Positions 1 to 15,000 of a DNA stretch of 64,000 nt are shown here, in pieces. The position numbers and the translations under genes are program-made. The notes beneath the pieces are model-generated. The model saw nothing but the letters and a program-made list of their open reading frames with translations. It ran no database searches and was not told where the DNA came from. This DNA is from Octopus vulgaris (lineage: Eukaryota). Each line of letters starts with the position of its first letter. Position 1 is the stretch's first letter. The stretch lies in assembly GCA_951406725.2 (NCBI GenBank), contig OX597818.1:43524001-43588000 (forward strand). The letters are read 5' to 3'.

Positions 1-1540
1 TGCCACCAGCATGGATGCCAGTTACGTGACAGCAGCATTAGCCACAATTATGATTTCTCTTGGCTTGACGGGTCTTCTCAAGCACAGCATATTGTCAAAG
101 GTCTTGATCTCTAATCATTGCCTCTGTGAGGCTCAAAGTCCAAAGATCATGCTTCACCACCTCATCCCATGTCTTCGTGAGTCTACCTCTACCACAGGTT
201 CCATCCACAGTTAGAGATCAGTACTTCTTTACGCAGCTGTCCTCGTCCATATGCATCACATGACTATACCAGCACAGTCATCTCTCTTGCACACCACGCC
301 TGATGCCTCTTATGCCAACTTTTCTCTCAAGATGCTTAGACTCTGTCATCCATGCTCACTGACATTGCACATCCAGTGAAGCATGCTGGCTTCATTTCTT
401 TCAAATTTGCATATGTCCTCAGCTGTCAGCCCATGTTTCACTGCTGTGTAGCATAGCTTTTTGCACATGGGCATCATGCAATCTGCCTTTCACTCTGAGG
501 GAAAGCCCTTTGTTGCCAGCAGAGGTAGGAGCTCTCTGAACTTTGCCCAGCCTATTCTTATTCACACAGCTATGCTCTCAGAGCATGCATCTCCACTATT
601 AACTTGGTCACCTAGATAACAGAAGCTATCTTCTATCTCTAGGTCACCCCTTGGCAGTTGATGGAATGTCTTATCTGTACATTGTTGGTGTTTATTGTAC
701 CTGTGCATCTTCCATACACAAAAACTATTTTCCTTGTTAACCTTCCTCTGATATTGTTGCACCTCTCATGTGTCCATAGCTTACACTGAGTACATCTTAT
801 GGAGTTTCTACCTGTGCCTTTTCTACAGATCGAGCAGGGCCATCTACCCAAAGAGATTTGTGATTTGTCTGCCTTCTTACTATGACTTTGGTTTTTGCTA
901 GGTTAACTCTAAGATTCTAGACCTTGCTTCCATACTGAAACTTTTTTTCTAGTTCTGATAGTAATTCAGCTATAAGAACAAGATCATCTTGAATTCTTCA
1001 CTGTACTTGTTGCCAACTCTCAGCTTACTGGTAGCATCCCTGTAGATGGCTTGTACAGCTCTCACCAACCACTTGCCTATCCCTAGCTTCCACATTGACC
1101 ATCAGATAAGGGATCTGGGGACCCTGTCAAAAGCTTTCTCCAAGTCAACAAAGCCAAGTACAGAGGTTTATCTTTGGCTATGTATTTCTCCTGCAGCTGC
1201 CTTGCCAGAAATATAGCATCAATGGTGCTTCTCCCTGACACAAAACTAAACTGCATCTCATCTAGACTAACTCCCTCCCTAATTAGTTGGGCTATGACCC
1301 TCTCTTTAATTTTCATCACCTGATCCAACAATTTGATACCTCTGTAATTATTTCTATCTATGGCATCACCTTTACCTTTGTAGCAGTCATTGGGTATGAC
1401 TCCTTCATGAACCACTTGATTTACAATACGGATGACTACACCATAACACACCCCACCAGATATTTTAATCATCTCAGCGGTGATTCATGATGGGCCAAGG
1501 GCTTTCCCTGTCTTCATATTCTTAATTGTTTTATTTACCT
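1..1540 (-). mobile_element. Decayed RTE-like LINE, reverse transcriptase region to 3' end
   Basis: YKGKGDA..NYRGIKLL, QFSFVSGRSTIDAIF, FCYLGDQV, Cys/His-finger insert WPCSICRKG..CKLWTHERC; frameshifts and stops. Confidence 0.88.
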
Positions 1541-1544
1541 GTGC

Positions 1545-1840
1545 AAATTTGAGTGAGGGCGTTGCCAGTGCCACTGGACTGGCTCCTGTGCAGGTGACAC
1601 ATAAAAACACCATTTGAGTGTGACCGTTGCCAGTACCGCCTGACTGGCCCTCGTGCTGGTGGCATGTAAAAGCACCCACTACACTCTCTGAGTGGTTGGC
1701 GTTAGGAAGGGCATCCAGCTGTAGAAACTCTGCAAGATCAGATTGGAGCCTGGTGCAGCCATCTGGCTCACCAGTCCCCAGTCAAACCGTCCAACCCATG
1801 CTAGCATGGAAAGTGGATGTTAAATAATGATGATGATGAT
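1545..1840 (+). repeat. RTE 3'-UTR-derived repeat with (GAT)n tail. Further approximate copies: 3760-3940, 3985-4270, 18455-18736, 19860-20063, 29308-29551, 29704-29843, 37610-37790, 39430-39655, 55860-56118, 56560-56790, 62210-62440, 62650-62835 (+); 22190-22485, 25665-26025, 26030-26450, 35180-35640, 36690-36975, 42184-42500, 48920-49215, 56874-57180 (-)
   Basis: shared core cacccactacactctcggagtggttggcgttaggaagggcatccagctgtagaaac...ccaacccatgctagcatggaaagcggacgttaaacgatgatgat. Confidence 0.92.
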
Positions 1841-1882
1841 ATATATAGGAGACCAAAAGTGTACATATGTATATATAAAAAA

Positions 1883-2618
1883 TCAAAACAAAAAATGGAA
1901 CAAGAACGTAACAGGCGACAACAAAACATTCGAGCAATTAGACAATACAAAAAAGACAGGAAAAAATGAGGATGGGTCATTCAGAGCTTTCAGTCATCAG
2001 TTGAGAAGCATATCGTTTTTGCAGTTTCAGCCGGTTACTCTTGAGATTGCTCTAATCTGGCCAGCCCCAAGAAAATCTAAGCTAAGAAATCTCTAGATTC
2101 TTTGGAAGAAAGCAAGCGAATGTATACAAGAACAAGGATGAGAAAAAAATGGGAAAATGGTACACAATTACAAATACAAACAACAGGACATTAACAACAG
2201 GTGTCTTTCGACTAAGGATGAATTAAATTAAGCTGGCGTGATTGGAAGTGAAGCCTTATGGCAGGAACATAGATGAAAGCCGTAGGAAGAATTACAAGAG
2301 ATGCTACACAGATGGTAGTTGAACAAAGAAAGAAAGGTCAGGCTTGGCCAAAATCCGGTCACGTCTTTGTTTTCATATACATTCGCGTACTTTCTTCCAA
2401 AGAATCTAGTGCTCTTAGCTTAGATTTTCTTGGGGCCAGCTAGATTAGAGCAGTCTCGAGAGTAACCGGCTGAAACTGCAAAAACAATCTGCTTCTCAAC
2501 TGATGATTGAAAGCTCCGAATGACCCGTCCTTGTTTTTTCCTGTCCTCTTTTGTATCGTCTAACTGTCCAAATGTTTTGTTGTCACCTGTTTTGTTCTTG
2601 TTCCATTTTTTGTTTTGA
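1883..2618. repeat. Fold-back element, about 255-bp imperfect inverted arms (1883-2139 / 2364-2618)
   Basis: arms are reverse complements; ORFs 1827+ and 2420- give near-identical translations. Confidence 0.85.
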
Positions 2619-2862
2619 CATTTCATCTGCAAATTATGATTATTACATAACTCTGAGCTTCCTGAAACAGCTGTTGAGAAATCATAATTTTGACGGAAGA
2701 TTGTAATTTAGCTCACTTTAAACAAGAAATCTGTAACATAGAACCAGGATCAGTTTTGAGCAAGTTGGTATCAAAGGTTTTAAAGATTCACATTAACTTC
2801 TAATTCAATGTTTTACTAGTATTCTTTAAAAACATTATATTAAATGTTTAAATATTTTTTAG

Positions 2863-3003
2863 GTCCAAGTTTTCAAGGCCATTCTGCAGAATGAGCAGAC
2901 AGCATTCTTCAGTTGCCATTTCAAGCTCCCTACAAATCAAGATAAGGAGTTTCAAATTAATGGACTCTATGCCAATAAGCTTGGTATCAAAGAAGAGGAT
3001 GAA
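2863..3003 (+). CDS. PEX1: PEX1 exon (VQVFKAIL...KLGIKEEDE)
   Basis: tttttag acceptor, gtaagt donor, 47 open codons resembling the PEX1 N1 domain. Confidence 0.85.
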
Positions 3004-6000
3004 GTAAGTACGGTCTTAATACATTTGCTTTTTGAAAATTAATTTCTTCCTTAGAAATAAAAATAGAACTAATTTTTAAGTAAAATACTTTCAAATTTTG
3101 ATGAATACAATTTTAAAGGCGTATGGCTCAGTGGTTAGAGCGTTGAGCTTACGATCGTGAGGTTGTGAGCTCGAATCCCAGCTGCGTGTTGTGTTCTTGA
3201 GCAAGACACTTTATTTCACGTTGCTCCAGTTCACTCAGCTGTAGAAATGAGTTGCGACGTCACAGGTGCCAAGCTGTATCGGCCTTTGCCTTTCCCTTGG
3301 ACAACATCGGTGACGTGGAGAGAGGAGGCCGGTATGCATGGGCGACTGCTGGTCTTCTATAAAAAAAAAATTAAAAAAAAAAACAACCTTGCCCAGACTT
3401 GTGCCTCAGAGGGTAACTCTCTAGGTGCAAACCCATGGTCAGTGTCTGACCGAAGGGGGTCTTAATAACAATTTTAAAATAAGTTCAACAAATTAGCATA
3501 CATTCTCAAGAAGTGAGTAGGATTGTTCTCAAAATTAGCTTTTAAAAATACTGTTTAATTTGTCTAGCTATATGTTTAAAGGTGTGTGTGTGTGTATGCA
3601 CATGTGTATTCATTATTATGTAAGCAGTAATATGTGCATATAAATACATGCATACATTCCAACAATGGAGCTTTGTATCTTTGCTAGAACCAACTCCTTC
3701 CTTAATTTAGAATAGAGAACACACACTTATACGAGTCTGGTCTTACAAGCTACTTGGTTGCTTCACTAGTGTGGTGACTCAAAAATGCATCCACTACACT
3801 CTGTAAAGTGGTTGACATTTGAAAGGGCATCCATCTGTAGAAACCATACCAAAGTAGACATTGGAGCTCAACATGGTCCACTGTTAAACTGTCAAACCCA
3901 TGCCTCTGTGGAATGTGGATGCTAAATGTTAATGATGATACAAACACACATCTGCACACATTGACACACACTATATATATATATACATTCGAGCAAGGTC
4001 GTTGCAAGTGGCGCTGGAGTGGCTCCTTTGCAGGTGGCATGTAAAAAACACCATTTGAGCATGGCCATTGCCAGTACTGCATGACTGGCACATAAAAGCT
4101 CTCACTACACTCTCGGAGTGGTTGGCATTAGGAAGGGCATCCAGCTGTAGAAACTCTGCCAGATATAGATTGGAGCCTGGTGCAGCCATCTGGTTTGCCA
4201 GTCCTCAGTCAAATCATCCAACCCATGCTAGCATGGAAAGTGGATGTTAAACGATCATGATGATGATGATAATTACATACACACACATACATATATGTAC
4301 ACACATATACATACTCAACAAAGAAGTGAGTACTCTATACTAAATTGTGAATGAAGTTGTCAATTTTAAAATTCTGACTCTTAATATATGTTGATACATA
4401 TCTCTTGATATATGCACAAATGTGTGTACACGCATACACACTTATGTTAATGAGGAAGTTTTGCTGGTTTTGATCCAAAGTACAAAATTTATGATAAATA
4501 AAAACATTTTAAAACTTTAGTGCAGTTCATAACAGTATCAGTTCTATCTCTTTGAAACTGTTAGTATTTTAGTATTTTGACCTTCTTTTCTTTGTTAACA
4601 GATAATACTTGAACCTGTGAAAAATGTTCCGTTCTGTGAAAGTGTCTTTGTTGATCCATTGTCTGTTAATGACTGGGAAATATTAGTAAGTACTCGCTAT
4701 GTTTCTTAAAATAATTATGAAGAATATTATTTCATTGTTATAGAATTTTTAAAATTATTTTCTGCTCATAATTGCATTAATTACTTTAAAAATATTTCAT
4801 TAAATAAAAGAAGAATTACAGGTTTATTATTTTGCTTTGCAATTTTGTGTGTGTGTGTATGTGTGTGTGTGTGTGTGTGTGTCTGTGTGTGTGTGTGTGC
4901 TTGCCTGCATCTATGTATAATGCCACTGATCTGGAATTTGTTTAATTAGTGATTTTGGTATTCAGACTTACTACACTATGCATTATTGCAATTACTTTGA
5001 TTATATCTGTTACTGTAAACATAATCACTAGAAGCTTTGGAAACTATTCAAAATGAATATTTTAAAAAACTATTTGAAAATTTCAGAAAGAAAACTTACA
5101 AAGTTAGCAGAACCAAAAAGAAATCTTAAGATATTACCATTATAGCTTTCTGTAGTGCATTTGTTGTCAATGATTTTAACTCCAAGGCAAATAGTGATGT
5201 GAGAAGAGTGAAAGAAGTCGTAGGGATAGCAAGTAGATAGTTGATATATAAAAATTTAACTTGTTTCGCAGTTTGCACTGGTTTTCAAAGAGTTGAAATA
5301 GAAAGACTTGGCTTATGTTGCAGCTGTCTTGCTTCCGACTATTGTCTGAAGCTTGCCCTATTTTTATAGGGTATTCATGGCTCAAATTAGTATATGTTTT
5401 GAATAAGATTTGATTGGTAAAGGATAGTCACATGACTGGTCTTTGAAATTTTTGTAAGTTCCTGACTACCTACGTCCATGTGTTTGTAACAAGTGACAAT
5501 GTTTGGCATCATAAGTTAAGGCTGACACAGTTGACTGAATATGTCTAGTGACAGTATGGAACAATCAGTGCTCTGAATGTTTTCTGTCAAGTGTTCTAGA
5601 GAATGAACAAGTGATTAAGTTTAGAACCTTTGGAATGCTTCCATGCATTAGTGTCACGTGACAGTATATCTTATGCCTGTAATGAAGGCTGACATGGTTG
5701 AAAGAACCTGTTTAGTTACAATCAAAGCACTCTAAATTTAATCTGCCAGGTGTAAAGTTTAAGTTGTTAGCTGTGTAGGTTCCTTATGTTAAGTGGCAGA
5801 ATGAGGTTTGTGCTTGAATAGTTATTTGTATATGTACTCTGTTAAAGTTTGTTAAAATGTATATATATATATATATAGTGCACTGTTCTCTTGTTAGTAG
5901 GAACAGCAAAAAAGTACTCAATCCAGAATAGAAAAGTACCATTTAATGAATGCAAGAATTATATGTGGGCTACATGAAGTTTCATGCTCAAATAGTATAG

Positions 6001-9000
6001 TAGTTAAGCATGCTTGTATAGCATACCATGTACAATCCAGAAATTGTTGAGGCTCAAATGCCATGGCTTTTTCTGTGAGGAAATCAGGTAGAAAAAACAA
6101 AAAGAAAACATGAAGGGAAAAGGGTAGTAAAGATTATGTCACTTTAACTGGTTAGTTTAAAAAGAATTTTGTTGATGTTGAGTGTTTCTATGTAAAGTAA
6201 CTATGCTTAGTGAGAGGTAGTTGCAGAATAGAGGAAAGGTTAAAATGCATTAAACTGTATCTAATTTGGTGAAGTGGAGTGGGAAGGATTTTCCAGTCCG
6301 GTAACAGAAACTTGTCATGATGACTACATCTTGTAAAATCTCTACTCTCAAGTTTAGATAGTCTTGTTGCCACTCCATATTGCCTTTACTTGGCACCACC
6401 AACTCATTAATCAGGATTAATTTTTCCTAAGTCAGATGAAGTTCAGGGCATTGCTTTGTTATTACAATATTGCTTGGGGAGCCAAGAGCTTCTTCCAATG
6501 CTTTTGCTTTTCCTTCTTGGTGTAGCATTATGAATTTGTTATTGAAAGAGTGACTGTAAATAATACTAAAACTATGTCATCTAGGGAAATGCTTATGGTG
6601 AAAAAATGGGAATAGTGTGAATTATTGAAGCCAAAATATTGAATAAATTGGGTTTTTTTATATATAATACTGTGATGGCTTTCATCATTCTTTTTTTCTT
6701 AATGTTTATGTAGCAAATTTTTCAAATAAACTATATCATCATCATCATGCTTGCATAGACTGGATAGGTCTTTTCCAGAACAGCATTTAGCCACTTGTGG
6801 TTGTTTGTCATTTCCTTTGTGAGATCCTCTTGAAATAAGCTTTCACTACTTCTTTCCATGTCCTCCATAGTTTTTCTCTCCCACAAATTCCATCCACTTG
6901 AATTGCTTGGCATTTCATTACCCAACTGTCGTCCTCTATATGCATCACGTCTGTACTAGCTTAGTTTTCTCTTTTGCACTCAACATCTGATTCCTCTTAT
7001 ACTTAGTTTTTCTTTCAGCTCATTTGTGCTTTTTCATTTGTGTATATTGACATTACACATTCTGTGTCTCTGTTTTGCTGCCATACAACATTATACTTCA
7101 TACTTATGCATTATACAATCTGCCCTTCAATCAAAGAAAGAATCTATCAGCAGCAGTAATAGTCCTTCGAATTTTTCTACTCAGCTCTTATTCTGGTTAC
7201 TTTGCATTCTGAACACCCTATCACCTTGGTAACAGAAACTGTTAAATATTGATAGAATAACTTCCAGAGGTCGATGATCAACTGACTGTTACTGGTCAGG
7301 TCATTTGCATCACAGAAATTCAAGAGACTAAATCTCTTTTAAAATAGCTATTATTGTCAACAGTATCCTCTAGAGAACTCTTTTTTTTTTATATAAGTTA
7401 AGGCATTTGTTATCCAGAAGTCAAATTGAAAGCCTTTAATTATTTAATTATATGGTATGGGTATCCTTCAAGAAACAATACATGCTACAATTTATAGTTC
7501 TGCAAAGATCTTTTAGAGAACTTAAGTTATTTTTAAACTAGTTGTTACATACGCTTATGCTGTGGATGGAAAATTCTATCCATTCTAGTTTTATCTCACT
7601 TGTTAATTCCTGGCAGAGCAACAAGGTTACAATTTTGTTTCTTTATTTCTACCTCACTATAATTGAGGGACTTGTACATTGGCACAAGACCATAATTGAT
7701 AAGGGAGGGGTATCATCAACTAAATTGCTTCCACTCTGTCTGTCTTCTACTTCTTTTATCAACCTCATATGGAAAATAGGTAGAAAGCTAACTATATTTA
7801 CTAGTGTAGCATTGGATAACAATAAAAAAAAAATTCAATTATTTTCTGTTCTTAATATCAACTTTTCAAATGTGGTGTGTAGCAGTTAAATTCAGTATTT
7901 ATTAAATTTGTTGATACCTAAGTTTTGTTTAATTTTAATTTAAAGACATGTTTATAAGGATTAACCTCCATCCCAGACACACCTCTTTTACTTGTTTCAG
8001 TCATTTGACTGTGGCCATCCTGGAGCACCATCTTTAGTTGAACAAATCGACCCCAGGACTTATTCTTTGTAAGCCTAGTACTTATTCTATCGGTCTCTTT
8101 TGCCGAACCACTAAGTTATGGGGATGTAAACACACCAGCATCGGTTGTTGAGTGATGTTGGGGGGACAAACACAGACGCACAAACACACACACATATATA
8201 TATATATACTTATACATATATACGATGGGCTTCTTTCAGTTTCCGTCTACCAAATCCACTCACAAGGCTTTGGTCAGCCCAAGGCTATAGTAGAAGACAC
8301 TTGCCCAAGGTGCCATGCAATGGGACTGAACCCAGAACCATGTGGTTGGTAAGCAAGCTACTTACCACACAGCCACTCCTGCGCCTATGAAATTTAAAAA
8401 AAATTTTATAACATATTTACATTTTTATGTGTGTGGGCATTGTAATATTGTGTAGAACTGACATATGAAGTGTAAAATGATTTATTAAAGAGCTAAAGGC
8501 AATGCTTATGTCAGAATCTAATTGACATGAAGTCTCCCACATACAGCTATTCACTACCATTATTGTACTGTCTTGGCAGTGAGCTGGAAGAATATTTACT
8601 GCCTCGTAAAGGCAAGATCCTGCTGAGGTCAACTTTGTCTTTCATTCTTTTGGAGTCAATAAAATAAGTATTGGTCCAGTAAATGGGGGTCAATATAATT
8701 TAACTTGCCCCTCCTCTCAAAATTGTTGACATTGTGCTGAAACTAGAATTATTTTACTCTGTCTTTTGCCCTATTTGTCTTTCATTCTCTGTTGTATGTA
8801 AACCTTAATACTTGGCAATCAATAGTCAGTCAAAGACTTTAACCATTTTGTTACTATATTTCTGTTGAAATACCCTTCCTCTGTCTCAGTTAATTTTGAA
8901 ACTAATAACAGAATGAAATGAAGAATTTAGTATAATAACTTTGTCATTATTAAGTTGGTGTATGGAACATGAAGTCTTGATGGAAAAGTCAGATCACTTT

Positions 9001-12000
9001 AAAACAAGAAGCTTATATCATAGAACTAGGTGTGTTAGTTTTGCAGGGCTTGACAAGTAAAGATTTGACCATTGGTTTAAATATTTGATGTTTGAGCAAG
9101 AAGTTAGCAAAAGCCTTAAGATTTGCAGAAATAGTCTCTTCACAAACTGTTACAAATAAAAGTTATGCCAGAAAATAAATCCAATTTTTTTCCTGCATAT
9201 CATCACCTTCTGTGGTCCCTATATAACTTCGCTCAAATATTTATCCACCTAAAAGTTATAATTGGAATTCTGCCATTTTATTTTTGAAAATGTTTTACCA
9301 TATGTCATCATCAAACTTCACACCATCTGCTCTTATCATGTTAGCATGAGTTGAATAGCACTTATTGAAGCTGTATTCTATGGTGGCCTTATTGCCAACC
9401 CTGACCTGTTTTCAAATAAGGTATCTTTTATTCCTCTGGTCTTCACAAGTTAGAGCTGCTATAAACTTGTTACTGAAAGATTGTCATGCAAAGAGAAGCA
9501 GAAAGTAAACACACACTCTCTCTCTCTCTCTCTCTCTCTCCCTCCTTCGTGTGTGAATGAATGTATATTTTTAAGTTTGTATGCGTGTTCCTAGGCAGCA
9601 TTTATGCTTTTCAATGCTGTTGAGACTACCAGATTGAATGATACTGCCCAGGTGTCAAAACCATAGTGATATCCAATTGGCAACTGATGATGGAAATGCA
9701 TATTTGTTATGCTTGAATGATGAATTTTTATATCTTAGTCTCATTACCCTGAGTTGTCCTTCATTCTAGTAAAGTGGGAAGTCTTTGTGGGTTCATGGTT
9801 TGTAGAAATTACTTACATTGATATTGGCTGTTTTTCTTCACAGATGATCTTATTATGTTCAGATAATGCTTAGATATTGGTACCTAGTTTTTGGAGGTTC
9901 TGTGATATATATGTATGTATATGTATACATATACGTTTGTGTGTGTGCATATGCTTGACAGGCTGAGTTTCATCATCATCATCATTATTCACTCACAAGA
10001 CAAAGCTTATAGTGTAGTAAAAGACCCTAAGGTGCCTTTCAAATCAAACCCCATATCCACATGCCAATGCCTGTGCCTTCATTATGTTATTTCATTAATA
10101 TACAACCTTAACAGAAATTTCAAAAGTTATGTTGTATTTCTGTATATTCATAGGAAAAAAATGCGCACTTTATTGAGACCCATTTGTTGGAGCAAGTGCG
10201 TGTTGTTTGGGAAGGACAAGTCTTACCAATCTGGGTCCATCAATCTGTTTGTCTCTTTTTGAAAATTGGTAAGTAATTGTTGGTTTAGCCTATTCATTTG
10301 TGTATATATATTTATATATATATATAGTGTGATGTCTTAGATATATGTGACGTCTACTAAGTTGATAGGGGATGGATATGTATACTCTGTCCACTTTGAA
10401 CCAGCTTAAATTTACCCTGTGGACAACTCTGGCATCATTAAGAGGATAGCTAGCAGAAGTAAAAATATGATAAAAGAACAAATGAATAAATAATAATGTC
10501 ACACATGCTACCAAAACCATTGTTAACCCTATTTTATATATATATATATGTATATATATCATATACAAACACCACACCTAAGTGTATACATACACAGATA
10601 TAAACTGGCATTCTGTTATAACATCAAGAGTTCCAGTCGATTCAATGAATGGACAGCCTGCTATTGAAATTAACATGCATGTGGCTGAGCACTCCATAGA
10701 CATGCGTACCTGTAACATAGTTCTCAGGGAGATTCAGCATGACACAGAATGTGACGAGGCTGGCCCTTTGAAATATAGGTACTACTCGTTTTTACCTATC
10801 TGAGTGAACTGGAGCAATGTGAAATAGTGTTTTGCTCAAGGATACAACACACTACCTGGAATCAAATTCATGACCATACGATCATGAGCCACGTGCCTTC
10901 GTTACACAGATATATATCACAGATGTCATACACACTTATTAGTGAAACCAGTGTGTAAGAACTAATTACTTGAAAAATTGGATAGATATACAGCGATCAA
11001 TGACCAAGAACTGAGAATGGGATGCAATAACTAAATAACTAAATAACTAAATAATTAAACAATAAAGACAGAAATAAAAACTGCAGCTAGAGTATACTTG
11101 TGTGTGCATGTGTTTTTATTATCAAAAATGGCTCTTCCAAGTTCAATATCTTTCAGCATTATTTCAGATCAAAATTATTATTAAATATACATTTCCATTT
11201 TACTCCAATAAAAGATGACAACCAACTGAAAACTAACAATTTTCAGTTTTTTCAACTTTTAATGTAAGTTTTAAGATTAAAGTATTTAAGTAATTATATA
11301 TTTATTTTTAAAGGTAATCATTTATCTTTAAATAATCGTAAGCTTTTCTCTTTCTTTCTCTGTAAAATATTTTCAGTTTTAAATAAACAAAAAATAAATT
11401 ATGCAAACTTTTATTTTAATACTTTCTTTTTCTTTTTTATAATTGCTTTATAGCGAAAATCAAACCTACTGTTGAATGTGCTTTACTCCGTCAAGAAACT
11501 GAAGTCATAGTTTCTCGTTTTTCTCGTCTTGGATCTATAGAAAAAAAAATGACAGAACACACTACAAAAAACAATTTATTTAAGAACCCTCGAAAACTCA
11601 ATGTTGGGGATATGGCTCCTTTGGAAGATATGAGTCAATCCCTTTCCCTTTACTCAGGACTTTTTCAGTATTTCCAGAGTTTCTTCATGTGGACGACTCC
11701 TACAGTGACGGAAAGACAACCTGCTGAAAACATACCTGAGAAAACTGAATTCTTCCCAGATTCAGTTTCCATGACTTTACGTGTGCAAGGTCTTACTGAA
11801 TGTATTGAAATGCCTAAAAACGTTCTTGATTCAAATAATTCCCTTAAGTTAAAACATTTTTTAAAGAATCCGGATATTGTATTTGTCAGCATTGGAGACA
11901 TCATAGACCAGTGCAGTGTACTGAAATCCATACCACGAATATTCTTTGCAAAATTAATTAAACTTCAATCTCCAAAAGAGCTTTCCCAGTCCCAGACTGG

Positions 12001-15000
12001 AAAATCATCTGCTAAAGAAAATAACTTGTCTAATAATGTTGTTCAAGTGAGAGTAGTTGGAAATAGTGAAAGGATTTGCGAAGAAGGCAGCTCACCATCC
12101 ATCTTCAATGAAAAGAATGTTTTAGAAGGCCATGTAATGGTCCCAAATGCTCTTCGATTTATTGAACAACTTGAACTCACAAGCCGAGTTGAATTACAAG
12201 GTATCCGTGCTTACAAAATTAAACTACGTTATCTCTATATCAAGCCAATAAGAGTTACAGTAAGTATCCTAATACATTTACTTCTTAAAATTCTTATATT
12301 TTAAATCAGTTTTAAATATGAATTGATCTAGTTTTACAATTTATCATCATATCTAGAGTGTGGAGTTAATATGCTTGTGCTGGCTTATTGGTTCTCTTAC
12401 ATATTATTATTTCATACATCTCAACCTTGTGTTGTCTTGTCTAAAAGTCCTAACTTTTAAATTTGATTTAAGTATTTCATTGAAGTGTCCTATTTTTTAA
12501 CCTTAGTTATTGTATGTGCTACTGCTAACATGGTACCTTTCTTCAAACATTCTGTTGGCCACTGCATTGTATATAAGGATTACCACCAAGTTGTAAACAA
12601 TTCCTAGAGGTCTTTTGGCGAAAACATTTATAAGACTTTTTATTGAATATTTACACTGGAGTGGGTTTAGAGTTACCCTCCTCCATACCTCTTGAATGAT
12701 TGAAACTAAGCATGGCAAACTCACAAAATGCTCATTAATTATGCATTGTTCCTGCTGCTTAAAGATTTTGGCAATGGGATGGAAAACATGAATCCTTCTG
12801 ACATTCTGTTGTACCTATTTCATCTAAAAAAAAATTTTTCCCTCTATTCTGGTATTGATTTTACTAGTTCTTGTGGTCACCCTCAATTTACATCCATAAT
12901 ATATTATGAAGTTTCAGCCTGCTTCTTTCCTTACATCCAACTTAATGATTCTTTTCATACTATTGACTTTTGAGGTTTCTGTTACTTATTGTATCTCTTG
13001 TCTTAGTCATGTGTAGTCTTTTGCTATTTGACTTTCCTCTAAAGCTCTTCTGTAATGAGATTCCAATTTGACAGTGCAAGTTTTCTATAAACATTTGGGA
13101 TCATTTTAGGAAAACTTTTAAGGCAAAGAAGACTTCTAATAGGCATAATGTTTACCATGATTGATTTAAAGTAACCAAAAGAAATTTAGTGTGAATATGG
13201 GAAAACAAGGTCGAGGCGCAATGGCCCAGTGGTTAGGGCAGCGGACTCGCGGTCGGAGGATCGCAGTTTCGATTCTCAGACCAGGCGTTGTGTGTGTTTA
13301 TTGAGCGAAAACACCTAAAGCTCCATGAGGCTCCGACAGGGAGTGGTGGCAACCCCTGTTGTACTCTTTCACCACAACTTTCTCTCACTCTCTCTTGCTG
13401 TTTCTTGAGTAATGCTGCGATGGACTGGCATCCTATCCAGCTAGGGGGAACGCATTCGCCGTAGAAACTGGGAAATCAGGACCTATGAGCCAGGCTAGGC
13501 TTGAAAAAGGTGCATAATGATAATAAAAAAATGGAAAACAAGGCAAAAATAAAGAACATCTGGTCTAAAATGAGAAAATTGTGACATTTAAGATAAAAAA
13601 TAAAACTGATTAGTTTAACTAGTTCTTGCTAACCTTTTGGTTCTCCACAAAATGTATGGTTTATTTTACAATGTTATTTAAGATATGTATAAGCATGAAA
13701 ATTATTATCCACAAATTGTTTTCAGAATTCATGCCAAAAGCAATTATAAAATAGCAGTTTTTCCATATATATCTGCAAACTATGTATTTATTCTTAATTT
13801 ATTACTAATAATGAATGAAAGTATTTGTGAATGCACAAATATACATTCAATTTGTTACTCTCTTGGCTTCATCAGCAAGGGGCTTATTGAATTTATTGAT
13901 CACTTTTTCATAGCTGTTTGGTCTTCAAGAAAGTTTAGATCGTCTTGATGAGAAAACAACACGTAAAGCTTTTGAATTATGGATTAACAAAACTACCACT
14001 CTTTCCCAGCCAATGATTGTATTTGATAAAAAGCTTATCAGGTTCCGAATCAAAAAGAAAACAGGTTAGTACTTAATTCTGCTTTTCTTTTATTAATTTA
14101 GTCTTATTTTAGAAGTCTATAGTTCGAATGTTTAAGATATATTCAAGGGGGTGCTGAAAAGTTCCTGGCTTTAAGGGTATCACAAAAGGTGTGGTTGGAG
14201 CCCCAAACTTTCAAGTTCTTTTACAGGGCTTAAAATAACTGAAGGGCTGCTACAATAAGTGTGTAAATCTGAGAGGGGAATATGTTGAATAAAATCATAA
14301 TTAACTGATCCTCCTGTATTTTCTTTTACCCTAAACCAGGAACTTTTCAGCAACCCCCTCATATCTGTGAAAGAGTATCCACTGTTCTATTACTTATTTT
14401 AATACAGTATTTATTTACCTACTTGTACAATTTGAAGTGTTTATATTATGGTCGGAAAATTATTTCCTGTCTAAGAAAATTCATCAAATAATGAAATTAT
14501 ATTCACTGAATGTTTTTGCTTCAACATTGTATATTTTTTATAAGTTTTCTTCCAAAATCCAAGGAAAGAAGAATAATGTATCTATGTTTGAAGATTTGAT
14601 ATAATATTTTTATTGATAAAAATGAATTTTGTTAATATTAACAAGTAAGATCATGTCTTTGAATTTTAATTTTTCAGACTATTGGGTAGAAGCTATTTTA
14701 TCCTTCAGTCAAAACAACCATAATGCAAAATGTCAAGAAGAGCTGGTATATGCTGAGCTTTATCCAGAAGCATTAAAATCAACTCAAATAATTATTCAAA
14801 ATGAACCTGACCGTAGTCGGCAATCCCCTAAAATTCAGCCAAGTTTCCTCTCTCTCACTGAAATTGATCCCCGAGTTGGTACTATCAAATTAAGTGAAAT
14901 CAAGTTAGTATCCTTCGTTTACTATTTTTGAACCTTTTTATTTCCAATATAACATACAAAAGGAAGTTTAAATAACCATTTAAAACTTTTCCATTAAAAA

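Noticed and set aside
3118-3190. tRNA gene-like heads here and at 13213 and 21799
   Set aside because: No complete cloverleaf; followed by SINE bodies, with TSDs at 3118 and 13211
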